Assembly: GCA_951406725.2 (NCBI GenBank)
Contig: OX597821.1
Coordinates: 25,978,001 to 26,042,000, forward strand
From: Octopus vulgaris
Lineage: Eukaryota
DNA: 64,000 bases
Direction: 5' to 3'
Positions 12,376 to 24,932 of this stretch are shown here, in pieces (the first letter of the stretch is position 1; each line of letters begins with the position of its first letter). Position numbers and translations under genes: made by a program. The notes beneath the pieces were generated by a model. It saw only the letters and a list, made by a program, of their open reading frames with translations. It made no database searches and was not told the origin of the DNA.

Positions 12376-12700
12376 TCATCATCATTATCATCATCATCGT
12401 TTAACGTCCGCTTTCCATGCTAGCATGTGTTGGACGATTTGACTGAGGTCTGGCGAACCAGACTCCAATCTGATCTGGCAGAGTTTCTACAGCTGGATGG
12501 CCTTCCTAACGCTAACCACTCCGAGAGTGTAGTAGGTGCTTTTATGTGCCACTGGCACGAGGGCCAGTTTGGTAGTACTGGCGACGGCCACGTCCAAATG
12601 ATGCTTTTTACATGCCACCTGCACAGGAACCAGTCCAGTGGCACTGGCGACATCCTCACTCGAATGTTTCACGTGCCACCAACACAAGTGCTAGTAAAAT
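12376..12700 (-). mobile_element. RTE 3' end
   Basis: (CAT)n then CGTTTAACGTCCGCTTTCCATGCTAGCATG, then UTR repeats. Confidence 0.8.
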
Positions 12701-13370
12701 ATGCAAAGATGAAGAGACTACTGTATGACCAACAATAAGAAAACAGTTATAACAGAAGATGAGAAACCAGAAATATATCCAAAATATGAAGGTATAATAA
12801 TTTGACAAAAATGAATATAATAACAACAAATATATATATAACAAGTTTGAATTAGAAAATAGAAGTAAAAAAAAACGAACTAGAAAACCCAGGAATAGAA
12901 CAAAAGAACAAAGAAAAGGCTGGCCAAAAATGAGGGCAACAAAAGATAACAAAAGATGAAGACAACCACAGATGATAACCAAAGAATACAATAAAAGTAC
13001 AACAATATTCATTGATAAACAATGAAAACAACAAAATAAGAACAATTTATTTCAAAAATGGTAAAGTAGAAAGGTGTTTTGTAAAATAAGTACATCTTTT
13101 AAACAAATATTTCAACTTTTGTCATTATTTCTATTGCTTTATTGCTCAGCTATCTGTGAAGTCAGAATGTAGAAGAATGTGTGTGTGTGTGTTTGTGTGT
13201 TCTTTTTCTCTTTGTAATTTTAGGGTAAATTTTGACCAGCCACCTACTTGGTAGCAAGGTTGTGAAGAAAAGTATTTTGTTTTAACCAACATCCTTTAAA
13301 TCTTAAGAATGTCTTGCAGATTTTATAGTCCCAGATACTGTGATCATTTGTTGCATACGAATTCAGGATT

Positions 13371-13837
13371 ATGTATGTATGTCTTCAGTTTTATTTCAAG
13401 ATTTCTTACCAATAGAGAAATCTGCAGTTACTCTATCCAGATTACAAGTTCAGGTTTATATCTGCAATTATTGGGGCCCTGGGATATGTAACAGACTGCC
13501 TAAATTCCAACCTTGAGAAATTAGGCTTCTCACAACCAGAAAGGAGAGAGCTAATTTGAAGTCTACAGATCCAATCCATCACTGGAACTGTAAAAATCTG
13601 TAAAACTTTCCAGAAGTTTAGCATTTAAATATATTTGAGCATGTCTAGATATGCAACTGTATGCATGAGAATTCATACATAAAGCAAAACATACAAATCT
13701 GCACATGTACATAGATACATACAAGCAAAAATACCCTGTTGTGGATGTTGAAATTCCGATGAAGGAGTCTTGAATCTTGGTTAGAAACCGGCTCTTTCTC
13801 TATTGGCAAAAAATCTTGAAATAAAGCTGAACAATGG

Positions 13838-13850
<13 letters not shown>
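13371..13850 (+). mobile_element. 3' end of a restriction-like-endonuclease LINE (R4/Dong-like) running into (TACA)n
   Basis: 13422-13628 reads LQLLYPDYKFRFISAIIGALGYVTDCLNSNLEKLGF..LQIQSITGTVKICKTF with one internal stop. The 3' UTR has AATAAA and runs into (TACA)n. Confidence 0.7.
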
Positions 13851-13876
<26 letters not shown>

Positions 13877-14380
13877 ACACACACATACACACATACATAC
13901 ATACATACATACATACATACATACATACATACATAGATACATACATACATACCAGCCAAGCAATCAGCCAACCAACCAACCAACCAGCCGACCAACCAAC
14001 CAACCAACACAGATATTGGACCTGGACTCAGTTCTCCCAAGCCATGCCATTGTGGAAAACACATGTTAACTACTGATGAAAATATATAGTGCCTAAGATG
14101 TTGTGCTCGTAAGCATGAGATGAAGGGTTCGATTCCCAGACCAGGCAGTATTTTGTGCTCTTGAGCAAACCACTTCATCTTACATTACTCTGTGATCGCT
14201 TTGACACCTGATGTGTGACCCCGCACTAAACACCGCACAAGCAATCTCAATTTGATGGAAGGAGTGACTAATGTGTAGTACAAACATTCAATCACTATAA
14301 ACAAGACATCTGTGCAGATTTTTCTGCAAGAAATTGCAAGACCTCCATCTGTTGTTTATTGTAGGACACTCCATGCATAT

Positions 14381-14880
14381 ATCATCATCATCATCATCGT
14401 TTAACGTCCGCTTTCCATGCTAGCATGGGCTGGACGATTTTGACTGAGGGCTGGCGAGCCAGATGGCTGCACCAGGCTCCAATCTTGATCTGGCAGAGTT
14501 TCTACAGCTGGATGCCCTTCCTAATGCCAACCACTCCGAGAGTGTAGTGGGTACTTTTTACGTGCCACCGGCATGGGGGCCAGTCAGGCGGCACTGGCCA
14601 CGACCTCGCTTGAATCTTTTTACATGTGCCAGTGAAGCAATGTTGGTAATGATCACGCTCGAATGGTGCCCTTGTACGCACCACGGGTACGGAAGTCAGT
14701 TGGCTGGTCTGGCAACGATCACACTCAGATGGTGCTCTTGGCACCCTACTAGCACAGGCATAAGTGCCAGTTAAGGCGACGCTGGTAACGATCATACTTG
14801 AATAGCCACTCTGTCAATGATCACACTCGTATGGTGCTCTTTGCACCCTGCTAGCACAAATGCCAGTCATCGAATTGATT
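14381..14880 (-). mobile_element. RTE 3' end with UTR repeats
   Basis: (CAT)n tail and shared terminal 150 bp. Confidence 0.8.
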
Positions 14881-14907
14881 TTGAGATATATATATATATA
14901 TATATAT

Positions 14908-15203
14908 CACGTGATCACGTGACTGAGCAGGCTATCAGATGTTACTACACATCGCTGATCACAATGCGCTTTGCGTTGTTTTAGCCTTCAAATGACGCCA
15001 CCCCGCTGGCTAAGCGAGAAGAAAGAGTGAGAGAAAGTTGTGGCGAAAGAGTACAGCAGGGATTGCCACCACCCCCTGCCAGAGCCTTGTGGAGCTTTAG
15101 GTGTTTCACTCAGTAAACATGCACAACGCCCGGTCTGGGAATCGAAACCGTGATCCTACGACTGTGAGTCTGCTGCCCTAACCACTGGGCCATCGCTCCT
15201 CCA
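14908..15203 (-). mobile_element. tRNA-headed SINE (same head and core as 5472-5787, different tail)
   Basis: TGGCCCAGTGG...GTTTCGATTCC head, shared core, CACGTGATCACGTGA end. Inserted in (TA)n. Confidence 0.85.
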
Positions 15204-15249
15204 CATATATATATATATATATATATATGTTCTTCTGGAGTAAAATGGT

Positions 15250-15460
15250 TTACTCTTTACTCTTTTACTTGTTTCAGTCATTTGACTGTGGCCATGCTGG
15301 AGCACCGCCTTTAGTCGAGCAAATCGACCCCGGGACTTATTCTTTGTAAGCCCAGTACTTATTCTATCGGTCTCTTTTGCCGAACCGCTAAGTGACGGGG
15401 ACGTAAACACACCAGCATCGGTTGTCAAGCAATGCTAGGGGGACAAACACAGGCACACAA

Positions 15461-15491
<31 letters not shown>

Positions 15492-15655
15492 CCTATACAC
15501 GACAGGCTTCTTTCAGTTTCTGTCTACCAAATCCACTCAGAAGGCATTGGTTGGCCCGGGGCTGTAGCAGAAGACACTTGCCCAAGATGCCACGCAGTGG
15601 GACTGAACCCGGAACCATGTGGCTGGTTAGCAAGCTACTTACCACACAGCCACTC
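15250..15655 (-). mobile_element. SINE family A
   Basis: Full-length copy. Confidence 0.9.
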
Positions 15656-15894
15656 AGTTATGTGAAACAGGTGATACAGGAAAGTGCAGCATTGACAACA
15701 AAACATTTGTGGAGGAAATGATGGACTAATTCTACTAAGCGATATGTCATGTGTCCATTTGGAGTATTCCATGCCCAAACCTGTCATGGAAAATTGTGAG
15801 TGGGAGGCATGGGATTTTTGAATGCACCACAAAGCTGTCAGTGGATATACTCTCCTTTGTTGCAGTCAGTGTTGCATAATAACACAAGCCATTA

Positions 15895-16420
15895 TCTGAA
15901 GTTTTGGCACTTCTTTCAGGTTTGTTGTCCTACGTCACTCATAAAGTAAATTTGGAGGAACTGTGGTTGTTCATTTGTGGGTAACAGGGAAACAATGAGG
16001 TGATAGACTTGCCCTTGAACTTTGAATGTTAGCATAAATCCATGTTCAACTATCTCCTTAGATGCACCAAAGGATGTCATTTAAAATGCAAGGTTGTATT
16101 GTCTGGTATTGTTCAGAAAATCCTTTGAGTGGATGGAAGTGCCTTCCTGAAAATCCATAAGAAGTTGAGGAGGAGCTGATTGTGCTGGTAATCTTACCTT
16201 GCTGCTTGAGCAGCACATGCCATTAGTTTTGTTTGGAAATTTTAAAGCTTTGTAGAAATGACAATTTGAGTTTGGTACACTAATTTGGATAAAATTAGCA
16301 TTTTTATAAGAATGGGATGGATCATATCTGAAAGTGGCTCCAGGAGTTGTGATGAATGAATTTGTAAGTAGTTTGTTTCTGAGAGCTGTTCTATTGAACC
16401 TCTGTCTAATCATGAAAATG
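15895..16420 (-). mobile_element. Helitron Rep/helicase N-terminal remnant
   Basis: GMCCSSSKVRLP..PP.LL....SKDFLNNTRQYNLAF*MTSFGA....F..TFKVQGQVYH...PQFLQIYF. Confidence 0.88.
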
Positions 16421-16426
16421 TTTTAA

Positions 16427-16871
16427 CCCTTTCGTTACCAACCCAGCCAAAACCGGCTCTGGCTCTGTAGTACAAATGTCTTGTTTTCATAAGTTTTGCA
16501 TCAAAATGTACCACCAAACCTTAGTAGCAATTTATATTCCTAATACTAGCTTAACCCTTTAGCATTCAAACCGGCCATATCTGGCCAAAATATTTAACCT
16601 GTTTTATATTGAAACTGACAAGATCTCACCTCTCACCTCAGCCCTACCATGTCATTCTAAAACTAAAAAATCACATCACTGAAATCTCTAAACTACAAGA
16701 TAATGCGGGATTAATTCAAAACAATATAAATAAACAAACATCACATTTGACAGAATAATCTGAACACTAAAGGGTTAATGATAACTAAGTTATTTTACTA
16801 AATTATTTGTTATATTTAAAATAATTGAAAGAAACACAGAGCATCTCAAAATAAATACAGTAACAAAAGGG
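16427..16871. mobile_element. piggyBac-type MITE 1, host of a nested MITE
   Basis: TTAA|CCCTTTCGTTAC...GTAACAAAAGGG|TTAA. Same family as 24681-24901. Confidence 0.88.
16555..16774. mobile_element. piggyBac-type MITE 2, nested
   Basis: TTAA|CCCTTTAGCATTCA...TGAACACTAAAGGG|TTAA inserted at the internal TTAA of MITE 1. Confidence 0.88.
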
Positions 16872-17439
16872 TTAAGTGCTGTAGCATGCCTTTGCTGGTG
16901 TTGGGAAAGTCTCATCTCCCTTCTGTATTGAGACTCCATCTGATATGTTGTAGCATACCTTTGCCGATCTTGGGAAATAATAATCTAAGGGTAAAGATGT
17001 AATTGTAAATACCTCACAACCTTGCAAATGCTGCGATAATTAATAACTGGTAATTGAAGGGTAAACGTGTATTTTTATATACCTTGGACCTGCCACCTCA
17101 TTGGTTTTTGTCAAGAGTTTCACCTCCAGCCATTCGTTAGGTCAGTCAATACACATACTCCGACACACCATTCCGCTGTGGTGGCCATAAAAACAGAAAG
17201 TTGTGGATGTGTAATGTTGTTCACATTAGGATATAAATTATTCCTTTATTTCAAATATAATAGAAATAAGATGATGTTAGTGTTATAACATTAGAATGAA
17301 AAGTGAAAGAATGAAAGTGAAACAATATTATATCACATTACAATGTAGATCATATTCTTTCACTTTTGACATATAATACCAAACCAGTGCCAATGTTATA
17401 ATGTTTTAATCCAAATGAAAAAAAAAAAAATTACGTGCT

Positions 17440-17549
17440 GACTCTGATGGGGTCTGATACCATTACCTTGTAAAATTTGATTTGATTTAGTTGAGCCATT
17501 TGAGAATGCATAGGGAACAGACAGACAGAAAGAATTTTATATATATAGG
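17440..17549 (-). mobile_element. Probable Helitron 5' terminus
   Basis: Minus strand reads (C)CTATATATATAAAATTCTTTCTGTCTGTCTGTTCCCTATGCATT, upstream of and co-oriented with the Rep remnant. Confidence 0.55.
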
Positions 17550-18261
17550 TGTGTGTGTTATCTGTTCCAAATTCCTCTCACAAGTAATTGGTCAACCTAG
17601 GACTATATTAGAAGGCACTTTGCCAAGTTGCTGTGCATTGGGACTCTAAACTAATGAATGAAGCAGCATATTCTATATTTAGAATATCAGTTTGTATATT
17701 TCACATTTTCGAAAATGTTTTTGAGCTGGCAGAATCATTAGCACAGCAGACAATTGGCTTAGCAGCATTTCTTCTGACTTCATGCCCTGATTATAAATTC
17801 TGTTGAGGTCAGCTTTGCCTTTCATCCTTTCAGGGTTGATAAAATGAAGTACCAGATGAGCATTGGGACCCATGTAATTGACAGCCCCCTTTTTCAAAAT
17901 TACAGGCCTTGTGCTTTTAGTAGAAAACATTATTTTTATGGTTCACCTAGGCACATCTCAGTGCACACTACTGTGACATAGTGTGCCATTTAGAAACTGC
18001 TGCACCAGGGTGTGATTTGTGGGAGATGTATCTGTTATTTCTAGCAGGTTTAGGGACCACATAAAGAAGTTCCCTTGTCAGCTCACACTGAATCCAGTTG
18101 TTGGCTCATGTTGATCACACTGTAATCTACTGTTGCTAAATCAGCAACGTTTCCCTGGATTCTCCTCTTACGTCTTGTCACTGCTCATGGCACCATCTCC
18201 AGCTCAGACCAACTTGTAGATCATCATATTACTACTGTGACGATTAAATTTTCATTTACTT

Positions 18262-18845
18262 CTTGTTGCTTTTCCTTTTACCCTCTTTTCCCTCATGCTC
18301 TCCCCTCTTCCTTTCAAGCTCTCCCTTTCTTCCCTCCATGCACTTCCTCTCTTCCCCCCACTCTCTCCCTCTTCCCCATGCTCCCCCTCTTCCCCATGCT
18401 CTCCCCCTCTTCCCCTATGCTCTCCCCCTCTTCTCCCATGCTCCCCTCTTTCCCATGCTCTCCCCCTCTCCCACCCACACTTCCCTTCTACCCCCATGCT
18501 CTTCATTCTTTCCCCCACTCTCCCTCTTTACCAATGCTCTCCCTCTCTTCCTCACAACCTCTCCCTCTTTCCCCCATAAGCTCTCTCTCTCTCTTCTCCC
18601 CACACTCTCCCTCTTTTCCTCCACACTCTCCCTCTTTTCCTCCACACTCTCCCTTTCTTCCCCACATTCACCCTTTCTCCCTCTTACACTCTCCCTCTCT
18701 TCCCCTACACCCTCACTCTCTTTCCCTATGCCTTCCTTCTCTTCCCCCATGCTCACCCTCTATTCCTGTCACACTCCCTCTTCCCCCAACACTCTCTTCT
18801 CCCCCATGCTCTCCCACTCTTATGCTCATGCTCTCTCTCTCTCTG
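18262..18845. repeat. Pyrimidine-rich minisatellite (CTCCCCCTCTTCCCCATG-like units)
   Basis: Direct reading. Confidence 0.9.
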
Positions 18846-19100
18846 TTTGTCTTTCTAAGTTGCTATTTCACCATACTGCTTCATTCATGGAGAGCTCCAC
18901 ACTAGTGTTAGAATGAGGTTGGTTAGCTTCCAGTCATAAGCTTCTTCGTGAAAGTCTTTTCTCTTCTCAAATCCATTGTGATATGACCTTCAATGTCAAA
19001 ATATTTTCTTTCCGAAGATTAGTCGTAGAATCTAAAAGTTACTCTGTCTTTTTGCTACTGGCTGTCTCCTCTTAATTTGGTGGAAAATGAACATGTGCAT

Positions 19101-19166
<66 letters not shown>

Positions 19167-20330
19167 CTGGTAACTTGTACATTAACAGTGTACTAATAGA
19201 AAATATGTTTGGCTGAAGGCAGAGGAGGGCCTTTGAGTACAGCAATGCATCACTTAACTAATACCTATTGAATAGCAAAGAAAGAAATGAGTACATCACA
19301 GATGTATTTGATAGTAAAAATAGAGTTGGTGAAGAACCTTTGAATAGGTAGTCTGAGTGTACAGCTGTTCTATGTGACCCAAGGGTAGCTGGACTACCCC
19401 CTTAAACAGAAACTTGGTGGAGAAGCACTCATTATATTAGCAGAAACTTACGCATGGGTATGTATCATAAGCTAGCAAATACCTATAACAGTGACAAAAA
19501 ATAGTAGCTTCTCCTACATCTGTGATAACTATAGCACGTCTTATCTAGAAGGATACACCTTCACTATGCATCTGTAGCAGGAATATTTGGCAGAGTCCCC
19601 AAGCACCTAGGAATCAAAACCCAAATTACTAAGTTCCAACAATTAGAAATTTGTTAGGAATTGATGACATCAGCAAATCATTGACCATTCAAATCTCTGG
19701 AGGAGACTACTGTATCAACATGAATGCAATTCATTCAGTTATTGATAATGTCAGCAAAACACTGACCACTTGGACCTCTGGAAGAACTGAATGTCATCAA
19801 CAAGTTGTTTTTTCACACCCTTTTCCCTTAACTATATATAGAAGCATCTCTTTACTAGCTGCCAGTAGTAGCATGATGCTCTTTGAGCCTGTCAGCTGCA
19901 AGTGTGGCTTTAAGCGATCAAGTGCAATGAATGATGATGATGATGACACAACTTAAACCACCAAGCTGCTAAAATCACATAATGATGGTTGCTGTCTCAT
20001 TCTAGACCATAACAAACTGTTTAACTAACTCAGCATAAATATTTCTTTTCAGTCAGTGGTTGTAATGACAATACATTGCTTTGTTTAACAATAAAATGAG
20101 TGTTTTTGTATTTAAAATTTATTGTTCTTGCAAATGTTCTTATCATTTATGTTAAACATCTGGTCAATAGAAGAGATAAAGATAACTAATAATGTCTACG
20201 TTTTGATATAAAATGTCATTTGTACCATCCCAGTGTAGAAGCCTTGTTCACATCATCAGCACCTTCTCCTGAAATGTTCACAAGCTACTATTTCATCTCA
20301 AGACATGACATTGTTGTTAAAACTATTTAT

Positions 20331-20740
20331 GCAGGAGTGGCTGTGTGGTAAGTAGCTTGCTTACCAACCACATTGTTCCGGGTTCAGTCCCACTGCGTGG
20401 CATCTTGGGCAAGTGTCTTCTGCTATAGCCCCGGGCTGACCAATGCATTGTGAGTGGATTTGGTAGACGGAAACTGAAAGAAGCCTGCCGGATATATGTA
20501 TGTATATATATATGTATGTGTGTGTATGTTTGTGTGTCTGTGTTTGTCCCCCTAGCATTGCTTGACAACCGATGCTGGTGTGTTTATGTCCCCGTCACTT
20601 AGCGGTTCGGCAAAAAGAGACCAATAGAATAAGTACTGGGCTTACAAAGAATAAGTTCCGGGGTCGAGTTGCTTGATTAAAGGCGGTGCTCCAGCATGGC
20701 CACAGTCAAATGACTGAAACAAGTAAAAGAGTAAAAGAGT
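20331..20740 (+). mobile_element. SINE family A
   Basis: Full-length copy. Confidence 0.92.
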
Positions 20741-21051
20741 ATGTTATCCGCAGGTAAGATTATCTTGATGGGCATGCGAAAGACCAACCATAACCAAAAT
20801 ATATCCATAACTGTAAAAATAAGGAATTTCCGAGTGAGCATTCCTGTAAGCACAGCAATCTAGTGCAAACACAAGACTTGATATTATTCTATGAGATGGA
20901 ATAAGTTATGCACTCTTGTGGAGGTCAACTGACAAGCAGGTGTGAATGGCTCCCATCTAAAGTTATGGAAAAAGAAAGCATTGGTATAAATCAATGTGCA
21001 ACCTACAGCTTTTGTATCCCAGGTTTTGTTTTTATCATTTATATCTATTAT

Positions 21052-21472
21052 CTGTTTCTTTATTACCCACAAGGGGCTAAACATAAAGGGGACAAACAAG
21101 GACAGACAAACGAATTAAGTTGATTACATCGACCCAGTGCGTTACTGGTACTTATTTAATCGACCCCGAAAGGATGAAAGGCAAAGTCGACCTCGGCAGA
21201 ATTTGAACTCAGAACATAACGGCAGACGAAATACGTATCTATTTCTTTACTACCCACAAGGGGCTAAACATAGAGTGAACAAACAAGGACAGACAAAGGG
21301 ATTAAGTCAATTATATCGACCCCAGTGCGTAACTGGTACTTATTTAATTGACCCTGAAAGGATGAAAGGCAAAATCGACCTCGGCGGAATTTGAACTCAG
21401 AACGTAACGGCAGACGAAATACGGCTACGCATTTCGCCCGGTGTGCTAACGATTCTGCCAGCTCGCCACCTT
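21052..21472 (-). mobile_element. SINE family B (internally duplicated)
   Basis: GGCGAGCTGGCAGAATCGTTAGC head. The core GTTCAAATTCCGCCGAGGTCGACTTTGCCTTTCATCCTTTCGGGGTCGA occurs twice. Confidence 0.88.
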
Positions 21473-21901
21473 TTATCTATTTTGTCCTTTGTATCTACTA
21501 TCATAAGTGTACTGTGTTATGTAACAATAGATTTACATAAAAGCCTGTGAATACGATCCATGCTCACTTAGCTTTGTTGATAGATCCTTGTGGATTATGA
21601 TTTTGTCATAAGTTCAACAATATAAACAAGAAATATATTCCTATAACAATTCCCATAGTATTTTCCTTGTTGCAAAACATCAACAAACTTGTAAACAAAG
21701 ATTAAGAACAGTTCTAGTATTAAGCACTGAAACACACCAACACACACCCACACATGCACACACATACACACACACACACATACATGCACACATGTTATAA
21801 ATATACTTTAGAAGGATTAACGAGAATCAATAAGATAATTATTTACTTAATAAAGCCAAGGTTTTTTGAGAAGCTTTGTCTTTTCTTTTCATAAAATTCT
21901 T

Positions 21902-22307
21902 GCAGGAGTGGCTGTGTGGTAAGTAGCTTGTTTACCAACCACATGGTTCCAGGTTCAGTCCCACTGCGTGGCACCTTGGGCAAGTGTCTTCTACTATAGC
22001 CTCGGGCCGACCAAAGCCTTGTGAGTGGATTTGGTAGACGGAAACTGAAAGAAGCCCGTCGTATATATGTATATATATATATATGTGTGTGTATGTTTGT
22101 GTGTCTGTGTTTGTCCCCCTAGCATTGCTTGACAACCGATGCTGGTGTGTTTATGTCCCCGTCACTTAGCGGTTCGGCAAAAAGAGACCGATAGAATAAG
22201 TACTGGGCTTACAAAGAATAAGTCCCGGGGTCGAGTTGCTCGATTAAATCGGTGCTCCAGCATGGCCGCAGTCAAATGACTGAAACAAGTAAAAGAGTAA
22301 AAGAGTG
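21902..22307 (+). mobile_element. SINE family A
   Basis: Full-length copy. Confidence 0.92.
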
Positions 22308-22888
22308 ACTGTACCCTCACATCATTAGCCTCTTTGAAAGGGTAATGAGCTAGAAGAATTGTTGACACACTGGGCAAAAATGCATAGTGCCATTTCTTCT
22401 AGCTTTATGTTCTGAGTTCAAATTCTATCGAGGTTGACTTTGACTTTTCATCCTTTCAGGATCGATAAAATAAGCACCAGTCATGTACTGAGGTTGATAA
22501 AATTGACTAACCCTTTAATTTCAGGCTTTTTGCCTGTAGTAAGAAAGGATTATTAAGCTCTTTGAGGATAATTTTCTGTGGAAATGGTTATAGTTTTATT
22601 TAAAACTGGAAAACTTGTGACAGATTTTTAACTGATAAAATTCATGTTTTTTTTGCATTTCACACTTTTATATTCTTTTTCTTGCACATGATGCTATTCT
22701 GTCTCCCTGAAGTCCTAGATATTTTTTCACCATAAGTTTCAAGTAACTGTAGTATTTTATATTTCAAGTGTTGTCATAGCATCCGCATGAAATTGTAAAA
22801 TATACAAAAGATTGTATCTTAGATGACATTCATGAAATAAAGAAAAAATGAATGACTAGTCACTTTATCTATCATTATTTATTCCTTT

Positions 22889-23178
22889 ATCATCATCATC
22901 ATCATCATCGTTTAATGTCCGTTTTCCATGCTAGCACGGGTTGGACGGTTCGACCGGAGTCTGGGGAGCCAGGAAGCTGCACCAGGCTCCAGTCTGATCT
23001 GGCAGTGTTTCTACAGCTGGATGCCCTTCCTAATGCCAACCACTCTGTGAGTGTATTGGGTGCTTTTTACGTGCCACCAGCACAGGGGCTAGAGGAGGCT
23101 GGCAAATGGCCACGATCGGTTGGTGCTTTTACGTGTCACCGACATGGACGCCAGTCAGGCGGCGCTGGCATCTGCCAT
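22889..23178 (-). mobile_element. RTE 3' end
   Basis: (CAT)n tail and shared terminal sequence. Confidence 0.82.
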
Positions 23179-23418
23179 TGAATTCAAAACACAAGGTCAA
23201 AAACAAAACAAAAAAAGATAAAAACTGCCAAAAATTGAAAATTTCACTTACATAGGCACACATTTTATGAAGTTATATTTTGGTTTTATATTATTCCATG
23301 TTAATGTTATAATGAAACAACATCGAATGAAACTATTTTAAGTGAGAATTGCCTGGAATGGTATTTTCCAAGAAAGAACAAAGTAAACTGGCTCAGGTCT
23401 TGTAAATCCAATTGATTA

Positions 23419-23682
23419 GTGTTGTTGTTGTTTGTTCCTTCTTGAGCAATGCCTGGCTCATAAGTGCCAGTTTCCCGGTTTCCTTGGCGTATGGGTTCCA
23501 CACCTGGACGGGACGCTAGTCCATCGCAGGTGAGCTGCAAGATGCAGGAGGAAAGAGTGAGAGAAAGTTGTGGCGAAAGAGTCAGCAGAAGTTTCGCCAT
23601 TACCTTCTGCCGGAGCCACGTGGAGCTTAGATGTTTCGCTCATAAACACACACATCACCCGGTCTGAGATCCGAACCCACAA
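23419..23682 (-). mobile_element. tRNA-headed SINE, family of 5472-5787, 5'-truncated
   Basis: High identity to 5530-5787, (AAC)n tail. Confidence 0.88.
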
Positions 23683-24375
23683 TTTAATGTTTGTCTTCCA
23701 TGAGTATATATATGCTATATATAAGTATGTAAATGTGTGTGTGTGTGTGAAGGCTACTTCACTATATTTTTTATCCACAACCAACATCATTATCTCTTTA
23801 TTTCTTAATATTTTGATAAATTAGCTGTTTCAAAGAGATGTACTTGTGAGAGTATTTGTAGCTTTAGGAATGCATTTGTACAACTAAATCTTTAGCTAAC
23901 ATCTTAAAGTGTAGTTAAAAATACACAAACATACACATGCTTACAAAATTGGTCCAGTTCCATTCTACATCATTTTGGGCACGTGTTTTCTACAGTAACC
24001 TTGAAGTGACTAATGCCTTATGAGTGGAAATTGCTAGTTGGAAACTGTGTGGAAGCCTTTCATGATGTGTATGCATGTATGATATGTGTGTTTGAGTGTG
24101 TCTACATTGTGTGTGAGAATGTGTTTATTACTAGTGAAAAAAAACCAATGTACTAATCTGCATCCCTTTTTGTCTAAAATGTCTCTTAATGATCCAGCAA
24201 AAGAGAGAGATGAGTAAACTAAGAATCACCAGTTCTGCTTACCAAAAGTGGCCCACTTGGCATTCAGGCTAGTATGAACGACTAAAATCCTTGAAGATGG
24301 TGTCCCAGTACGGTTGTATCCAGTGAGTGAAACTAATAAAAGAATATAAGAATAATAACTTCCATTCTATTTCAG

Positions 24376-24473
24376 ATGGCAGTCTGCTGAGTTTGGATGA
24401 AGTTTGGTCTTTAATTCCCTGCCACTATAGAGATAGATTCTTAGCTGAACGGTGGACTTTTATAACACAACAG
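24376..24473 (+). CDS. ATG10: ATG10 internal exon (DGSLLSLDEVWSLIPCHYRDRFLAERWTFITQQ)
   Basis: ctatttcag acceptor, CAG|gtaatg donor, 98 bp open frame. Peptide matches the ATG10 DG..L.L..IW....W..ITQQ segment and splices in frame to the next exon. Confidence 0.93.
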
Positions 24474-24680
24474 GTAATGTTACCCAACAAGTCTAAAATT
24501 GCATAAAAGATCTTTCGAAAGCTTATTGATTCCAACTCTGCTAGTTGCTGTTGTTATTGTGTTAATACTTTGACTTGCCTCAACATCCTCATTTAACATC
24601 GGTTTTCCATACTAGCATGAGTCAGACTTCACTAACATCTTTAACTCTGTTACCTACCGACTCCACTATTCATATTTTAA

Positions 24681-24901
24681 CCCTTTCGTTACCATATTTA
24701 TTTTGAGATGCTCTGTGTTTCTTTCAATTATTTTAAATATAACAAAGAATTTAGTAAAATAACTTATTTATCATTAAGCTAGTGTTAGGAACATAAATTG
24801 TGACTAAAGTTTGGTGGAAGATTTTAATTCAAAACTTATGAAAACAAGACATTTGTACTACAGAGCCAGAGGCAGTTTCAGCCGGGTTGGTATCAAAAGG
24901 G
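24681..24901. mobile_element. piggyBac-type MITE 1
   Basis: TTAA-flanked CCCTTT...AAAGGG. Confidence 0.9.
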
Positions 24902-24932
24902 TTAAGAATTGTTTCTCTATTATATATTTTAA

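Noticed and set aside
19515-19580. YSTSY peptide resembling the missing ATG10 exon
   Set aside because: Lacks YH and VP.LYF, hits a stop, and has no suitable splice sites.
21570-21727. Minus-strand exon-like segment (tttcag...gtgagc)
   Set aside because: All three frames contain stops and there is no homology. A non-coding exon cannot be excluded.
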